A DNA stretch of 64,000 nt from the human T2T-CHM13v2.0 reference genome, Homo sapiens: NCBI RefSeq assembly GCF_009914755.1, contig NC_060933.1. One strand, 5' to 3'. Below, piece by piece: positions 47,714 to 62,405 of this stretch. Position 1 is the stretch's first letter, and every line of letters starts with the position of its first letter. The notes beneath the pieces are model-generated. The model did not search any database and was not told where the DNA came from. It was given only the letters and a program-made list of their open reading frames with translations. The position numbers were made by a program, and so were the translations under genes.

Positions 47714-50128
47714 TTAATGGATATGCAATATATAAGATATAAATTGTGCTATCATTTACATAATGTGGAATGTGGGGAGACTAAGAGTATAGTTTTTGTA
47801 TATGATTGAAAGCTTGAAATAAGATGATTTACATAAGTAAGCTTTATGATAACCACAAAGAAATTACCTATGGTAGATACACAAAATAAAAAGAGAAAGG
47901 AAGCAAAACATATCATTACAAAGAAATCATCAAATCACAAAAGAAGACAGTGAAAAAACAAAAAAGGGACAAAAGAACTACAAAACAAATAAAGCAAATA
48001 AAATGACAATAGTCCTTGATTATCAATAATTTCTTTAAATAAAAATGGATTAAACTTCTTAATCAAAAGATATAAAATAGCTGAATGGATTTTAAATAAC
48101 AATGGATTAGAGATTTAACTGTGCTATCTAGGAGAGACTAACTTTAGATTTAAGGACATACATAGGCTGAAAGTAAAGGGATGGAAAAAAAATATTCCAC
48201 GCACATGGAAACCAAAAGAGAGTGGGGGTGGCTGTATTTATAACAAACAAAATATGCTTTAAGGTAAAACTGTCCAAAGAGACAAAGAAGGTCAGTGTAT
48301 AATAATTAAAAGGTCTATTCATTCGGAAGATGTAACAAGTGTAAATATACACTGTATGCACACAACATCAGAGCACCTAAATAGATAACGTTGACAGGTC
48401 TGAAGAGAGAAATTGACAGCAATATAATAATAGTAGGAGACTTCAATACCCCACTTTCTGTAATAAATAGAACATCCACACAGAAAATCAGTAAGAAAAC
48501 AGCGGGCTTTAACAATACTACATGCCAAATGAACCTAATAAACATGTGCAGAATATTTCATCCAATAGCAGCAGAATACACATTCTTCTCAAGCTCAGAT
48601 GGAACATTCTCCAGGATAGATCACATGTTAGGTCACAAAAATAAGCCTTAACAAATTTAAGAAGATTGAAATCATGTCAAGTATCTTTTTAAACCACAAT
48701 GGGATAAAACTAGAAATCAATAACAGAAGGAAAACCGAAAAATTCACAAATATGTAGAAACTAAACAACACAATATTGAATAACCATTGAGTAAAAGAAG
48801 GAATCGAAAGGAAAATAAGAAAATATCTCAAGACAAATGAAAATGAAAACACAACAAACCAAAACTTACGGGATGCATCAAAAGCAGTTATAAGGGAAAG
48901 TTTACAGCAATAAATGCCTACATTAAAAAAGAAAGATCTCAAATCAACAACCTAACTTTAGAGCTCTAGGAACTAGAACAAACTGAGCCTAAGTGAGCAA
49001 AGCGAAGGAAATAATAATTATTACAGCAGAAGTAAACAAAACAGAGAACAGAAACACATTTTTAATATCAAGGAAACTAAGTGTTTGGTTTTGGGGAAGA
49101 TAAATAAAATTGACAACCCCTTAGTTAGACTAAGAAAGAAAGAGAGAAGACTCAATTAAATAAAATCAGAAATAAAAAAGGAGACATTACAACCGATACC
49201 ATGGAAATAAAAAGAATTATAAGACATTATTAGGAACAAATTTCTGCCAATAAATTGGATAACCCAGAAAAAATGGACAAATTCCTAGAAGCAGGCAACC
49301 TACTAATACTGAATCATGAAGAATTAGAAAATCTAAACAGACTAATAATAAGTTAAGAAGATTGAATCAGTAATCAAAAACCTTCCCAAAACAAAATCCC
49401 AGGACCACACGACTTCACTGGTGAATTCTACCAAATATTTAAATAATTAGGACCTGTTCTTCTTAAACTCTTCCCCAAAAAATGAAGAAAAGGAAATATT
49501 TTCAAACTTATTTTAAGAAGCTATAATTACCTCAATACCAAAGCCAGACAAAGATACTGCAAGAAAAGAAAACTACAGATCCTGTATTTTTACATTCATT
49601 CCTGATTAACATAGACGCAAAAACCCTCAATAAAATACTAGCAAATTGAATTCAGCAGCCCATTAAAAGGATCATACATTATGATCAAGTGGGATTTATC
49701 CCTGGAATTCAAGGATGATTCAACACATGCAAATCAATAAATGTGATACATCATACTAACAGAATAAAGGATAAAAATCACATGATTATCTCAACAGAAA
49801 TAGAAAAGCCATTTGAAAAAATTAACACCTTTTCATGATAAAACTTCTCAAAAACCTAGGTATAGAAGAAATTTACCACAACATAATAAAGGCCACATAT
49901 GAAAAGCCCATCACTAACATCTTACTCAATAGTGAAAACCTGAAAGCTTTTCCTCTAAGATTAGGAACAAGGCAAGGATGCCCACTCTTACCACTTCTAT
50001 TCAACATAGTACCAGAAGTTCTAGTCAGAACAATTGCTAAAGAAGAAGAAAAAAATGTCCACATTGGAAAGGAAGAAGTAAAATTACATATTTACAGTTG
50101 ACGTGATATATGTAGAGAAACCTAAAGA

Positions 50129-50130
<2 letters not shown>

Positions 50131-50173
<43 letters not shown>
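50131..50173. repeat. (CA)n microsatellite within L1 ORF2
   Basis: About 20 CA units with one interruption. Confidence 0.95.
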
Positions 50174-50174
<1 letters not shown>

Positions 50175-52414
50175 TGGTTAAAACTAATAAATGAATTCAG
50201 TAAAGTTGCAGGATATGAGATCTACCTACAAAAACTAGTTGTATTTTAATATACAACTAGTATCCCCTAACAACAACTATCCCCCAAACTATCCCCCAAC
50301 AAACTATCCCCCAAAAATTAAGGAAAAAATATCCATTTACAACATCATAAAAAAGAATAACATACTTAGAAATAGATTTAAGCAATGAGGGGAAAGACTT
50401 ATGCACTAAAAACTACAAAATGTTGATGAAAGAAATTAAAGAAGACACAAATAAATGGAAATACAACCTATGTTCATGGATAGGAAGGCTTACTATTGTT
50501 AAAATGTTCCCATTAATAGTATATGGCTCAAAGTGGTCTACAGATTTAATGCAATCTGTCAAAATCCCAACGGCATTTTCTATAGAAACAGAAAAAACAT
50601 TCCTAAAATTCATGGGATCCATGAAAAATCCTGAGTAGTCAAAGCAATCTTAAGAAAGAAGAACAAAGCTGCCTTCATAATACTTCCTGATTTCAAAATA
50701 TATTACAAAGCCATAGTATTAAAACATATGGTACTGGTATAAAAAAGACATACAGACCCATGGAACAGAATAGAGAGCTCACAAATAAACCCACACATAC
50801 ACACTCAACTGACCTGTGACAAGAGTGCAGAGGATACACAATGGGAAAAAGATAGTCTCCTCAACAAATGGTGTTGAGAAAATTGGATATCCACATGCAA
50901 AAGAAGAAAATCGAATCTTTATCTGACATAATACAAAAAATCAACTCAAAATGGATTAAAGAGATGGCATAAGACCTGAAACTGTAACACTCCTAGAAGA
51001 CAATGTACAGGAAAAGCTCCATGGCATTGGTCTTGGCAGTGATTACTTTAATATGATACCAAAAGCACAAGCAACAAAAGCAAAAATAGACAAATGAGAC
51101 TACACGAAACTAAAGATCTTCCACATGGCAAAGGAGACAAACAGCAGAGTGAAAAGGCAAACCATGGAATAGAATAAGATATTTCCAAGCCATATATCTA
51201 TAAGGGGTTAAAATCCAAAATATGCAAGAAACTCCTACAATGCAATAACCCCCCAAAAAAATTTTAAAATGAGCAAAAAAATTAAATAGATATTTCTCCA
51301 AAGAAAATATACAAATAGTGAACTGGTATATGAAAAGATGCTCAACATTACTCATGAATAACTAGGGAAATGCCAATCATATCACCTCACACATTTTCTG
51401 ATGACTTTAATCAAAAAAAAAAAAAACAGAAGATAAGTGTTGGTGGGGATGTGAAAAAATTGACATCCTTGTACATTGTTAGTGGGCATGTAAATTGGTG
51501 CAGCTGTGATGGAAAACAGCATGGAGGTTCCTCAAAAAACTAAAAGTGGAACTACTATATGATTCAGCAATCCCACTTCTGAGTATATATCCAAAGGAAT
51601 TGAAATCAGGATTTCAAAGAGATATCCATACCATCAGTTTGTTGCGGCATTATTCACAACAGCCAGTTTGGAAACAACCTAAAGGTCCATCAACAAATGA
51701 ATGGATAAAGAAAATGTGGTACACATATACACAAAGAAATATTATTCCGCCTTAATAAAGAAGATGCTGCCATTTGTGATGACATGGATGAACCTGGAGG
51801 ATGTTATGCTAAATTAGATAAGCCAGGCACAAAAGGGCAAATACTGCATGATTCCACTTATATGAGTTAAACTCATAGAAACAGAGAGTGGAATGGTGGT
51901 TGCCAGGGGTAAGGGGAGCAGGATATGGAAAGTGTTGCTGTTCAAGAGGTACAAAGTTTCAGTTATAGAAAATGAGTAAGTTTTAGATACTTACTATATG
52001 GCATTGTACCCACACTTAACAAGAAAAAGAATATAACAAAATCCATAATCTACTAAACTTTGTAAGATCTGAAGATTTCATCATATTTGCTTCCGACAGA
52101 TCTTTTATTGCATAAGAAATAAAGTTTTACATTGTAGTTGAAGACTCTTGAATACTCTTCACCAATCACATCCCCTCTACCCACACCCTAAAGTAACTGC
52201 CACCTTAATTATGGAGTTCATATATCCCACACATATTTTTTATGTTTACTCTTTATTATGTATCCATGAACGATATATAATATTTTACCTTATAAAATTA
52301 TACATGTTGTCATGTTGTAAATATCCCTTTGTAAATTACACGTTTTCATCAACATTACGTTTCTGAGGCTTCTCAATGTTAATTCATTCATTTTACTAAA
52401 TAGAAAAACAGATA

Positions 52415-52915
52415 GTTCCATAAAGACACATACACGTGTATGTTCACTGCAGCACTATTCACAATAGCAAAGACATGAAATCAACCTAAATGCCCAACAA
52501 TGGTAGACTGGATAAAGAAAATGTGGTACATATTCACCATAGAATACTATGCAGCCATAAAAAGAATGAGATCATGTTCTTTGCAGGAACACGGATGGAG
52601 CTGGAGGCCATTATTCTTAGCAAACTAACACAGGAACAGAAAACCAAATATTGCATATTCTCACTTATAAGTGAGAGCTAAATCATGATAACACATGGAC
52701 ATGTAGAGGGGAACAACAGACATAGGGGCCTACTTGAGGGTGGAAGATGGGAGGAGGGACAGGAGCAGAAAAAATAAGTATAGGGTATTAGGCGTAGTAC
52801 CGGGGTAATGAAATATTGTGTACAACAAACCCCCATGACACAAGTTTACTTATATAACAAACTACATATGTACCTCTGAACCTAAAATAAAAGTTTTTTT
52901 GAAAAAAAAAAAAAA
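52415..52915 (+). mobile_element. 5'-truncated L1PA13-16-type 3' end
   Basis: GGAGCTGGAGGCCATTATTCTTAGCAAACTAACACAGGAACAGAAAACCAAA...poly(A); possible TSD AGAAAA(A)CAG. Confidence 0.88.
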
Positions 52916-52949
52916 GAAAACAGTTCACGTTACATAGACCTCACTACAA

Positions 52950-55680
52950 TTTATTGACACATTCTCCTGTATATGTATGTTTAAATTGTTTATGCATTTT
53001 CTACTATTATAATCTACCTTGTTATGAACATTCTAGAGCATGACTCTCTGGGCATCTGTTTGAGTTTCTCTAGGTTTTCACCTGGCAGTGGAATTCTCAG
53101 TAAGGGATGCATGTCCAACCAGATATTGCCAAATTGCCTATCACCATGGTCTTCTAATTCACCCTCCTACTCTCAAAGTCAGATAGTTCCTGACTCCCTA
53201 TGTCCCCACCCATATATATTACTGCCAACTTTTACTTTTTCCAATCTACTTGCTATTTCAAATTTTCATCTTCCTGATTACCAGTGACAGCGAGCAGATT
53301 TTCACGTTTATTGGTCTTTGGGGATATGTCTCCTGTGAATTGCCTATATTCTTTTGCCCATTCTTCAATTGAATTGTTGGTTTTTTCTTAGAAATTGAAA
53401 GAGTTCTTTATATATCTTAGATGCTAATTATTGGTCAGTTATATGTTTGCAAATATCTCCTGGACTAAAACTTGTATTTCCATTGAGGTTGTTTGTTTGT
53501 TTGTTTGTTTGTTTTTAGAGATGGGGTCTCACTTTGACATTCAAGCTGGAATACAGTGGCATGATCACAGCTCACTGCAGCCTTGAATGCCTGGGATCAA
53601 GTGGACCTCCCACCTCAGTCTCCTGACATGCTGAGATTACAGGTGTGAGCCATCCTGCCCAGCCCTCCACCTTTTTCATATTGTATTTTATGCCTGTTTT
53701 TACCTCTAATATAGCCAAATGAATAAAGTTTTTGTTTTATCATTTTGCCTTTTGAGTTTTGGGAAATACTTGTCAATTCTAGATTATAAATACCTTCTCC
53801 TATATATAGACTTCGAATTTTTTTCATTTCATTTTTCACTTTTAGTTCTTTAATCCACCTTATGTTTGGTGGTGGTGTAAGGGGAAAATCTAATTGTTTT
53901 TCCAACACTTCCCTCAGCAGTACTGACTAAGCTGTTCGTCATGTTCTCATTGATTCATAAGGACACCTCTGTCCTGTTAATTTTCCACGTATGTACTAGT
54001 CTATTTTTAAGTTTTCTATTGTGTTCCTCTGATCTATTTTTTAAAGAAGTCCAAACACATGGTAAGCAAATCTTCCCACCTTGATCAGTCCTGATTATTC
54101 TTTACCATTTCTTCTTCCATGTGAGTTTTTGATTAGCTTGTTACATTTCCAAAAGTTATTTGTTGGACATTGTTTGAAGTTTCAATGAATTCTTGGAAAA
54201 ATTTGAGGAAATGGACGTCTTTGTGCTGTGAGTCTCTTCATCCATGAACATCTTCATTGCCTCATCTATTTTTTGTGTACTCCTCTTATGTAATCCAATA
54301 ACATTTTGAAATTTTCTTCATAAATACCTTTCATGGCTTTTGTTAGCTATATTCCTAGTTACTATATTTTTTTGTTGCCACTATAAATGGTATGTTTCTT
54401 AAATTGCATTTTATGTTATCTGCTGCAATGGATAGCACATTGATTTTCATATATATTACACATATCCAGCGAGATAGCTAAACATCCTCACTGATTCTAT
54501 ACATTCGTCTGTAGATACCCTTGGATTTTCTATGTAAACAATCTTACCAACTACGGATCATTTCAGTTTTGCTTCCCCTTTGGAAATTCTTATACTTATT
54601 TCCTTTTAATATCTTATGACAGTAGCTCAGTAAAATATTGGATAAAAAGAATGATAGCAGACATTCATAGTTTTTTTGACTTTAAAGAGATTTGTGCAAT
54701 GTTTCACCATTTACGCTGCTGGCTGTACATTTATTTGGTAGGTGCTTTCTACCAGGTTAAAACCCTTTGTTTCTCTTCCCCATTTTCTATAAGTTTGTAT
54801 TATAAATAGATGTAGAATTTTAAACTGTTAATGTGGTGAATTACACTGATAAATTTTCAAATGTAAAGCCAGTAATACATTCCTTAAATAACTTAGATTT
54901 GTCATGATCTGTTTATGTTTACAAATTGCTGGACTCTGCTAGTATCTATTAGGATTTTCATGCCTGGGTTTCTAAGGAAGGTGACCTTCCCTTTCCTGTC
55001 TGCTTTGTATAAAAAATAAAGTAGCCTCAGAAAATGAGTCAGAGAGCAGGCCCTCCTTTCTATTCTCTGAAACATTCTGTATGATATTGGGATAACTGTT
55101 ATTTGAATGTTTGGTAGAATTCTCTTATGAAAACATCTGGTCCTAGCATTTTGTGTATGATATTAACCAGAGCAGATTTTTAACCCATTTCTTTAATGGT
55201 TAAAATATATTCAGGTTAGTTTTTTTTTTAGTTTTGCTGAGTTACATTTTTGGAGGTGATTAGTCTTCTCTCTGTGTTTTTGTAGTTTTTGTTGCTGCTG
55301 TTGTTCTTATTGCTGTCTTACTTTTAGTCTCTGTCTCTCATGCTGTGCCTTTGGTTATTCCTAGAGTGGTTTATTTGTGCCTTCTCAATTTGGGTTCTTT
55401 TCCCCCCTTGCAATCTATGTTGACTAAATTTGTCTATTTTATTTGTTGTCTTAAAGAACCAGCTGTTGGATTTGTTGACTCTCTCTATTTCATACTTGTT
55501 TTCTATTTCATCCATTTTCCTCTTATTTCTTGTGCCTTCATCCTTCTATATTCTGTAGTTTTACTTGGTTTTTAAAATTTTATGTCTTCCTGAGTTTTCT
55601 GCTTTGCTATTAAGTTTGAACATTTCTTCTTCTCCGAAATAAATATGTATTTTCTTCCAAATACCAGTTTAGCTGCATTC
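52950..55680 (-). mobile_element. Old L1M(E) ORF2 remnant (antisense)
   Basis: T-rich decayed L1; minus ORF EIENKYEIERVNKSNSWFFKTTNKIDK is ORF2-like. Confidence 0.75.
53488..53664 (-). mobile_element. FRAM-like Alu monomer
   Basis: Single ~150-bp right-arm-type monomer with (TTTG)n tail. Confidence 0.8.
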
Positions 55681-55681
55681 C

Positions 55682-56102
55682 TGATATGGTTTGCATCTGT
55701 GTCCCCACCCAAATCTCATGTTCAGTTGTAATCCCCATTGCTGGAGGTGGGGCCTGGTGGGAGGTGATTTGATCATGGGAGTGGTCCTTCATGAATGGTT
55801 TAGTGCCATCCCCTCAGTGCTGTTCTCGTGATAGTGAGTAAGTTATTGTGAGGTCTGGTTGTTTAAAGGTGTGTAACACCTCTCCTGTCTCTCTCTTCCT
55901 CCTGCTCCAGCCACATGAAGTGCTGGATCCTCACCTCACCTTCTGCCATGTTTGTAAGTTTCCTGAGGTCTCCCCAGAAGCCTGGCAGATGCCAGCATCA
56001 CGCTTTCTGTACAGGCCGTGGAACTGTGAGCCAATTAAACTCCTTTTCTTTATAAATTACCCAGTCTCAGGTATTTCTTTATAGCAATGCAGGAACAAAC
56101 TA
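55682..56102 (+). mobile_element. MSTA/MSTB-type MaLR solo LTR
   Basis: TGATATGGTTTGCATCTGTGTCCCCACCCAAATCTC...TAAATTACCCAGTCTCAGGTATTTC; ATTCC flanks both ends. Confidence 0.92.
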
Positions 56103-56847
56103 ATTCCAAAGTTTTAAAATATAATGTTTTATCACTCCATTCTAAATATATGTATGCATATATATGCATATGTACATACTAAGTGATTTTTTAACTTAAG
56201 TTCATTATAATCAGAAAAATTGAGTCTGTGTAACTACTAACTTTTTGTTTAATAAATACTTGTTTTCTGGTTAGGACATGGTTAATTGCCACAAATATTC
56301 CATGTCTGCTGCTTGAACACAATGTACGTATTTTTTAGTTGGCCTTTAGATCAGTCTGTGTCTATTCCGTAGTTTCTCTCATCCACAGAGTTGTTCACTA
56401 GCAATTAACCTCTATCTGAGAGTTCTAGTTTCTGAAATTCTTGGCTATGCCTGCTCAATCCCGTAACTGAGAAGATGCTGAGTTCCACATATATCCACAA
56501 ATGTTTCTTTGAGATTGTCTTCTAAAATTAAATTTTTCTGTGGGACTTTCATTGGGTATTAACAAAATTCCTCCTTTAAACCACCATTCCCTTTCCGTCC
56601 AACCCAGATTGTCTGCAGAAGTGTTCTGGACATTCTTGAACTTTCCATTCTTCTCACAGGACCCAAACAATAGGGAGTGGGTTTTTTGTCAGAAGTTTTT
56701 TTTTTTTTAAAGCCTTGCTAAGGCGAGGGAACTGAGACCCAAGGTAAGTTACAAGACATAGGAAGATCCCAGAGACAGATCTGCACTCCAGAGCCAGTAC
56801 TGCCATAGGGAGAGCAAGGGTGAGTGGTGCTAGGACCATTGCCAGGG

Positions 56848-57160
56848 TTTGTTAGTTTGTTTGTTTTGAGATGGGGTCTCCTTCTATTGCTCTGTCGTCC
56901 AGGCTGGAATGGAGTGGCACAATCTTGGCTCACTGCAGCCTCTGCCTCCTGGGTTCCAGCAATTCTCCTGCCTCAGCCTCCTGGGTAGCTGGTATTACAG
57001 GCATAAGCCATCACACCTAACTAATTTTTGAATTTTTAGTAGAGACGGGGTTTCACCATGTTGGCCAGGCTGGTCTCGAACTCCTGGCCTCAGGTAAGCC
57101 ACCCACCTCAGCCTCTCAAAGTGCTAGGATTACAGGCATAAGCCACCGCACCGAGCTGCC
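56848..57160 (-). mobile_element. Alu (AluS-type)
   Basis: Antisense Alu; TSD AGG(GT/A)TTGTT. Confidence 0.95.
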
Positions 57161-59883
57161 AGGATTGTTTTAAAATATTTAAGGTCTAACAGTGACACGG
57201 GCATGAGATACTCGGAGAATTTTCAGGGTAATTGTTTTATAACTCTACTGAACACCTGTAAAATGCAAATGAATAACAGACATCTGAAAATAATCTTTCC
57301 TCTCAATAATAATGATAATGTAGCTACAAAATAATAATGTATCTACAAAACTTTAAATTAAGATTTAATTTGAACAATGAAAACAACAATGAGATAGCAT
57401 TTTTTACCTCTTAGATCAGCAAAGAGTATAAAGTGGTAACATTTGTGGCTTTACAAGGGCAGAAAACAAGCTGGTGGAACTATAAAAATGGTGTGTCTTA
57501 GAAAAAAAAAGTTGGCAAAACTCAATAACTCCCATTCTAGGACATCTACCTTAAGTAAAAGCCATACCCTCATACAGGCAGAATGTTATCATTGCCCAGG
57601 CACATCCTGTTCTCTTCTGTGTTGGGTATATAGAAAAATACAAACCCCCCTCCTTCACAGGTAGATGGGGCCAGGTGACTGGCATGGGCCAATGGGCTGT
57701 GGGTGGAAAGGAAGCGTTTCCTACATGGTAAGCCTGGCACTTGTGAGTTCCCATTGACTCTGGGCTCTCTGTGCCAATTCTAGAGGGAGGATGGCAATGC
57801 TGGCACTTCTTCAGCCTGGTCACCGACTAACTATGCAAAATACAGCTAATAACAAACAGCCCCAAAGTCTCAGTGGCTTAACACAACAAAGCTTTATTTC
57901 TTGTTCTCTTACAAAGGATGTGAACAAGATGTCCAACAAAGGATGTTTATCAGCTTAAGCCTAGAAGATCCTAACAACTACACAGAGATTTATATCAAAT
58001 GAGATTCATTGTAGCATTACTTATAACAGTATAATTTTAACAACACTCTAAATGTCAAAACATAAGAGATGACCAAATAAGTTATGACCCATGGTATAAT
58101 ACTATAATAAATATCTTACAAAAAATAGAAGTGATATGTTGAAGATATCTAGCAGCAATGGAGAAATTCTCACAATAAAATACTGAGGAAAAAAGGCAGA
58201 ATATTAAACAATTCATACAGTAAAATCACATTATTTATTTATTTAAAACAATTGACTAAATGCAAAGGAAAAATAAAGCCCAAACACCTCAGCATTAGTA
58301 ATGATCATGGTAGTGAAGCAACACAAGATTAGTGATCAAAAGGCTGAAGGTGGCTGTCAGGGAGTTTGTAAAATGAAGTATTGATGATGAGCTTGAATGA
58401 TGCTATTTCATGTTAATATAGAAAAAAATAAGTAAAGACTATTTTCCCAAACCATGCAAGCAGCAAGTGGGAATGAGTCATGACTGGTTATGGGGAATTT
58501 TTTCATTGAGCAAGCATACCCACGACTTTCAAAATCGTAGCATGGGGCATTGGGCCAATGTGTTTGTTTATTTTCCTTTGTTTTCTCTGACAGCAACCCT
58601 AATCTCAGGTTACAGTTTGGCTGGCCATAGTTAAAGGGAAATAGAGATGAAGTGATGAAACATGCAGGGGGATTCAAAGAGCATTCTCGTGGCTTGCTAA
58701 CCTTAAAATCAAGTGTTGAGGTGTGGATTATTAGATATGCCATATAACAGCACAGACAACTTGAACTTGCCATCCTCAGAGGTTTGAGAAATACGCCAAA
58801 CCATCTGACTGCCCATAAACATTGTGTACTTAGGAAGGGTGTTGGCTTGCAGAAAAAAATAGGAATGTTTTGAAATTATCAGGGCCCATTCCAGGAAAAA
58901 ACAGGGGAGTGGAGGATCACTGTGGTTTCAGAAATGGCCATCGGACTGATCAAAGAACTTTCACATCTCAGCAACAAATAGAGTTCCAACAAATCCAACT
59001 GTTTCTTCTCTGGGGAAGTCCTTCAGGCTAAGGACTTCCTTTCTCGTCTTTGTGGGTTTTTCCAGAGGCGATCACGTGAAAGTTCATGTCTCAGCACAGT
59101 TTGGGCTGGAATGACTCCCATATAGATGCTGATAAACCTTTTTCCAGAGGCTACAAATTCTGTTGTGTGACATCCACAGCTCCTGAATGTCACCAACTAG
59201 GAGGTTACTCAGATTCTCTTCCACTGCAGGAGTGACAATTGATAACTCACTGTGAGTGCAAAGTAATACTGCTAATTTTTAAGACAAGGATGACAATGTT
59301 TTATAGGATAACTCCCTGAGGATATTTGAGAGAGGAGTAAGCAAAAAGAATTGAGGAGTATAAGGAGCCAGTTGGAATCATTTTTTAGACTCAGGACATA
59401 GCAAATTAATCATTTGGAGCATCTGTCATTTGTTATTCATTTAGCAAATTTTTATGTAGCACCTACTGTGTGCATTGTTCTGGCCACTGGCAACAATGTG
59501 GATCCTACATCCATAAAAGCTACCATCTAACAGAGGATGTGGATATTTACAAACTAGAGTAATGAAAGAGGAAGTTATTGGGGGATCTGGGCAAGGAGGC
59601 AACCTTGAGCTGAACCCTTAAGGAGCAAGAGCAAAAAGCAACTCTAGAAGTCTGTGGACATGGGCTCAAACAGTCTGTCCCTGGTTCGTGGAAGAAGTTG
59701 ATGGGTTGTGAACAGGTTACTTAGGAACTAGGAAGTCAATGTTAGAATATCGCTAAGATGGGCAATACTTCAGAGATTCCCCACAGAAGCTCAGAGGGAG
59801 TCTTAGGGGAAACCTCGCTCTGCCTCACGTTCATTAGCTAATTCTTCTAATCCACTCAGTTGAGTGGTGGTTTCTATCAAGTG

Positions 59884-60365
59884 TGTCAGTTTGGTCCTTT
59901 GGAAAGCAGACACCAAGACAGAGTTTGAAGTGCAAAAGATTTATTGGAAGTAACACCTAAGATATGCGGAGAGAAAGCAAGATATCCAGAGAAAGAAAAC
60001 CTTCACACCATGGTGCAGGCTGACACCTCTAACAGGTGAGAGTGAAGGAAAAAAGATGGGGTAGGAGAGCCTCAGCTGGTGGTGCAGCCAAGAGAAAGTC
60101 TTCGCCAGGCCCACAGGAAGCTCCAGCACAGAGAGAACATAGAGAAGCCCTACAGTGGGCAGAGATGTCCAGGCCTTGTTGCCCTGTCATCTTCAGGCAT
60201 TGGTTGAGGGCTGCCTAAGAAAAATACAGCCTCAGCTTAAATGCTGCAAGGGCTCCTGAAGGTGTCACAGCTGGAGGCTGTCAGCTACGTGTGCTCCTCA
60301 CAGCCCAACAGCATGTCTTTCCTGAAGGAAGAGCCAAATGTCATTTATCCATGGCTGCAACACAC
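59884..60365 (-). mobile_element. LTR16-type ERVL LTR
   Basis: AAGCAGACACCAAGACAGAG...TGCAAAAGATTTATTGG, CATTGGTTGAGGGCTGCC, CAGCTGGAGGCTGTCAGCTA. Confidence 0.65.
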
Positions 60366-60444
60366 AGCCACATGGCTTGGTAGCAGTAGAGGTGAGACTA
60401 GGCCATCACTTGCACAATTTCAGGGAGGAGCTAATTCAGGAAAA

Positions 60445-60589
60445 CACATTGGAGATATTTTTACCTTTCGTCTATAGCTGTCTGCTTAGGAACAAAAGGA
60501 AAGGCAGTTTCTTGCATGACTCAGCTTTTAGCTTAATTTTTCCCTTTGACAGAGTAATTGGGGTCCCAAGTTTTTATTTTCCTTTCACA
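60445..60589 (-). mobile_element. MER4-family ERV1 LTR 5' fragment
   Basis: Reverse complement reads TGTGAAAGGAAAATAAAAACTTGGGACCCCAATT...GCTGAGTCATGCAAGAAACTGCC. Confidence 0.75.
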
Positions 60590-60866
60590 CCTGCTTACAG
60601 AAACTTTGGGTTCCCTGAGTTCAGGCTTCCTCTCCTGCGGTCGATGCACATGCAGGCATCACCTGACCCTCTTCACATTGCCCTGGGGGATCTGGGGCTC
60701 AGGGAACCAGCACAAAAGTGCAGCTACCTTGGCTACTCTTACTGCTGTCAGTAAAAAACTGTCCTTTGTCTCTGACCCAGGAATCTCCTATCTTCTGCCA
60801 GCACCAGTGAAAATGATTGCTAGCTTGCAAGAAGGGTAAAATCTCAGAGCCTTCACGGTTCTTTCA
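60590..60866 (+). mobile_element. ERVL-class LTR 3' part (LTR40-like)
   Basis: CTGTCCTTTGTCTCTGACCCAGGA...GGGTAAAATCTCAGAGCCTTCAC. Confidence 0.55.
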
Positions 60867-62004
60867 AATTCAAACGTACTGGGAGAGAAAACATGCACGT
60901 ATAAGAATACCAAGATGGAGAAGACGCAATAAGCTTCTCAGCAAGATAACCAGAGTATAAATGGGGTAGGAAAATTTCTGTCCCTAAGGAGACCAGGTTC
61001 CAAGAAGCGGGGGCCACCCCCACTGGACCTCTCTCCCTCTTCCAGGTTCAAGTCCCCACTTCCCAAGTCAGAGTGAGAGAAATAATAAGATGGGGGAAGC
61101 AATGACTGCCTTGACGACCTGGCTATAAATAGCCAATATTTATGTTAAATAATAAGAGTGAAAATAAATAGCTGTCACAGGATCTCATTTCTGGAGTTAT
61201 TTATAGGCTTCATATGACAACCTAATGAGATGGATCACATTTTAATGCTGCGAAGCTTTTGGTCATAAGATAGTCTATCACAAAGGTCAACATTTCCCTG
61301 GAGGGAATCTGGCACCTCAGGAACCAGCAGAGCACGGGTGGTTCTTAATAAGCACTTCTGGGTGCTCTTACGGAGCCCAATTTCCAAAACATCAGTGGAA
61401 GATGAACCAAGGAACGCATCCGGCACCCCCACTTAGCAGCAGCCGCTACCCAGTGGCCCTGCCATGGGATATCAGTTCTCCATGCTGATACAGGGCAGTC
61501 CCTGTGGGCGGTGCAGCCCACAGATCCTCCACAGTATCACTCTAGCAGGTTCTAGGGTGATTTTTTTCACACTTGGTTTTTAGCATTGGTGTGCCAAGGA
61601 TTCCATCATGAAGTTCCAATCGGGAAGTGCTGAAGCCAGCAGTCCTTCCTCGCAGACACGCTCCTCCCCGCAGCATCTCCCACAGCACTGACTGCTCTTC
61701 CGCTGGCCTATCTGCTGGAGGCACGGGTCCCTCAGTCTAATCCTTCCAAATTGCTTTTCTATTCCCTAAAATGGGCCCTGGGGTGGAGGGGTAAAGTAAG
61801 GGTCTACACTGAAAAGGCCTCTTCTTGCAGTTGTGTGGAGGAAGGACCGCCTTCGGAAGAGGCTAGGAATCTTAGTAACCAGTACTTGGCCCCCAAAAGC
61901 AGAAAAGCAAGTAACAACAACATTTGCCTAACTCTTAATAATGTATCATGTTTTTCATAGGCTTGCCTTTTAACAAATATCATGTATTTTAGACACTTGT
62001 TAAT

Positions 62005-62362
62005 TAATTTTTTAAATTGTTAGATAATTGTAGATTCACATGCAGTTACTTTTACCCAGTTTTCCCAGTGGTAACATCTTGGCAAAACTAGAATACGATT
62101 TCACCGCCAGGTATTGACATTGATGCAACCCATGTGTCATGTTCAGATTGCCCAGTTATATATGCACAAGGACTCATCTGTGTGTATGTGTTTGTGTGTG
62201 TGTGTTCGTGTGTGTGTGTGTGTTTAGTTCTATACGATCTTCTCACATATACATTGGTGTATTCACCCCCACAGTCAAGATACCAAACATACTGAACATT
62301 TTCATCACCCAAAGGATCCCTCCTGCTGTCCTTTCATGGCCACATCCACCACTGCCCTCCCC
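62005..62362 (-). mobile_element. L1MC1/2-type 3' terminus (antisense)
   Basis: GATAATTGTAGATTCACATGCAGTT...GGTAACATCTTG...CATCACCCAAAGGATCCCTC. Confidence 0.82.
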
Positions 62363-62405
62363 GACAATTAACTTAGTAATATTTTATTTTAGGAATAATA
62401 AAGTA

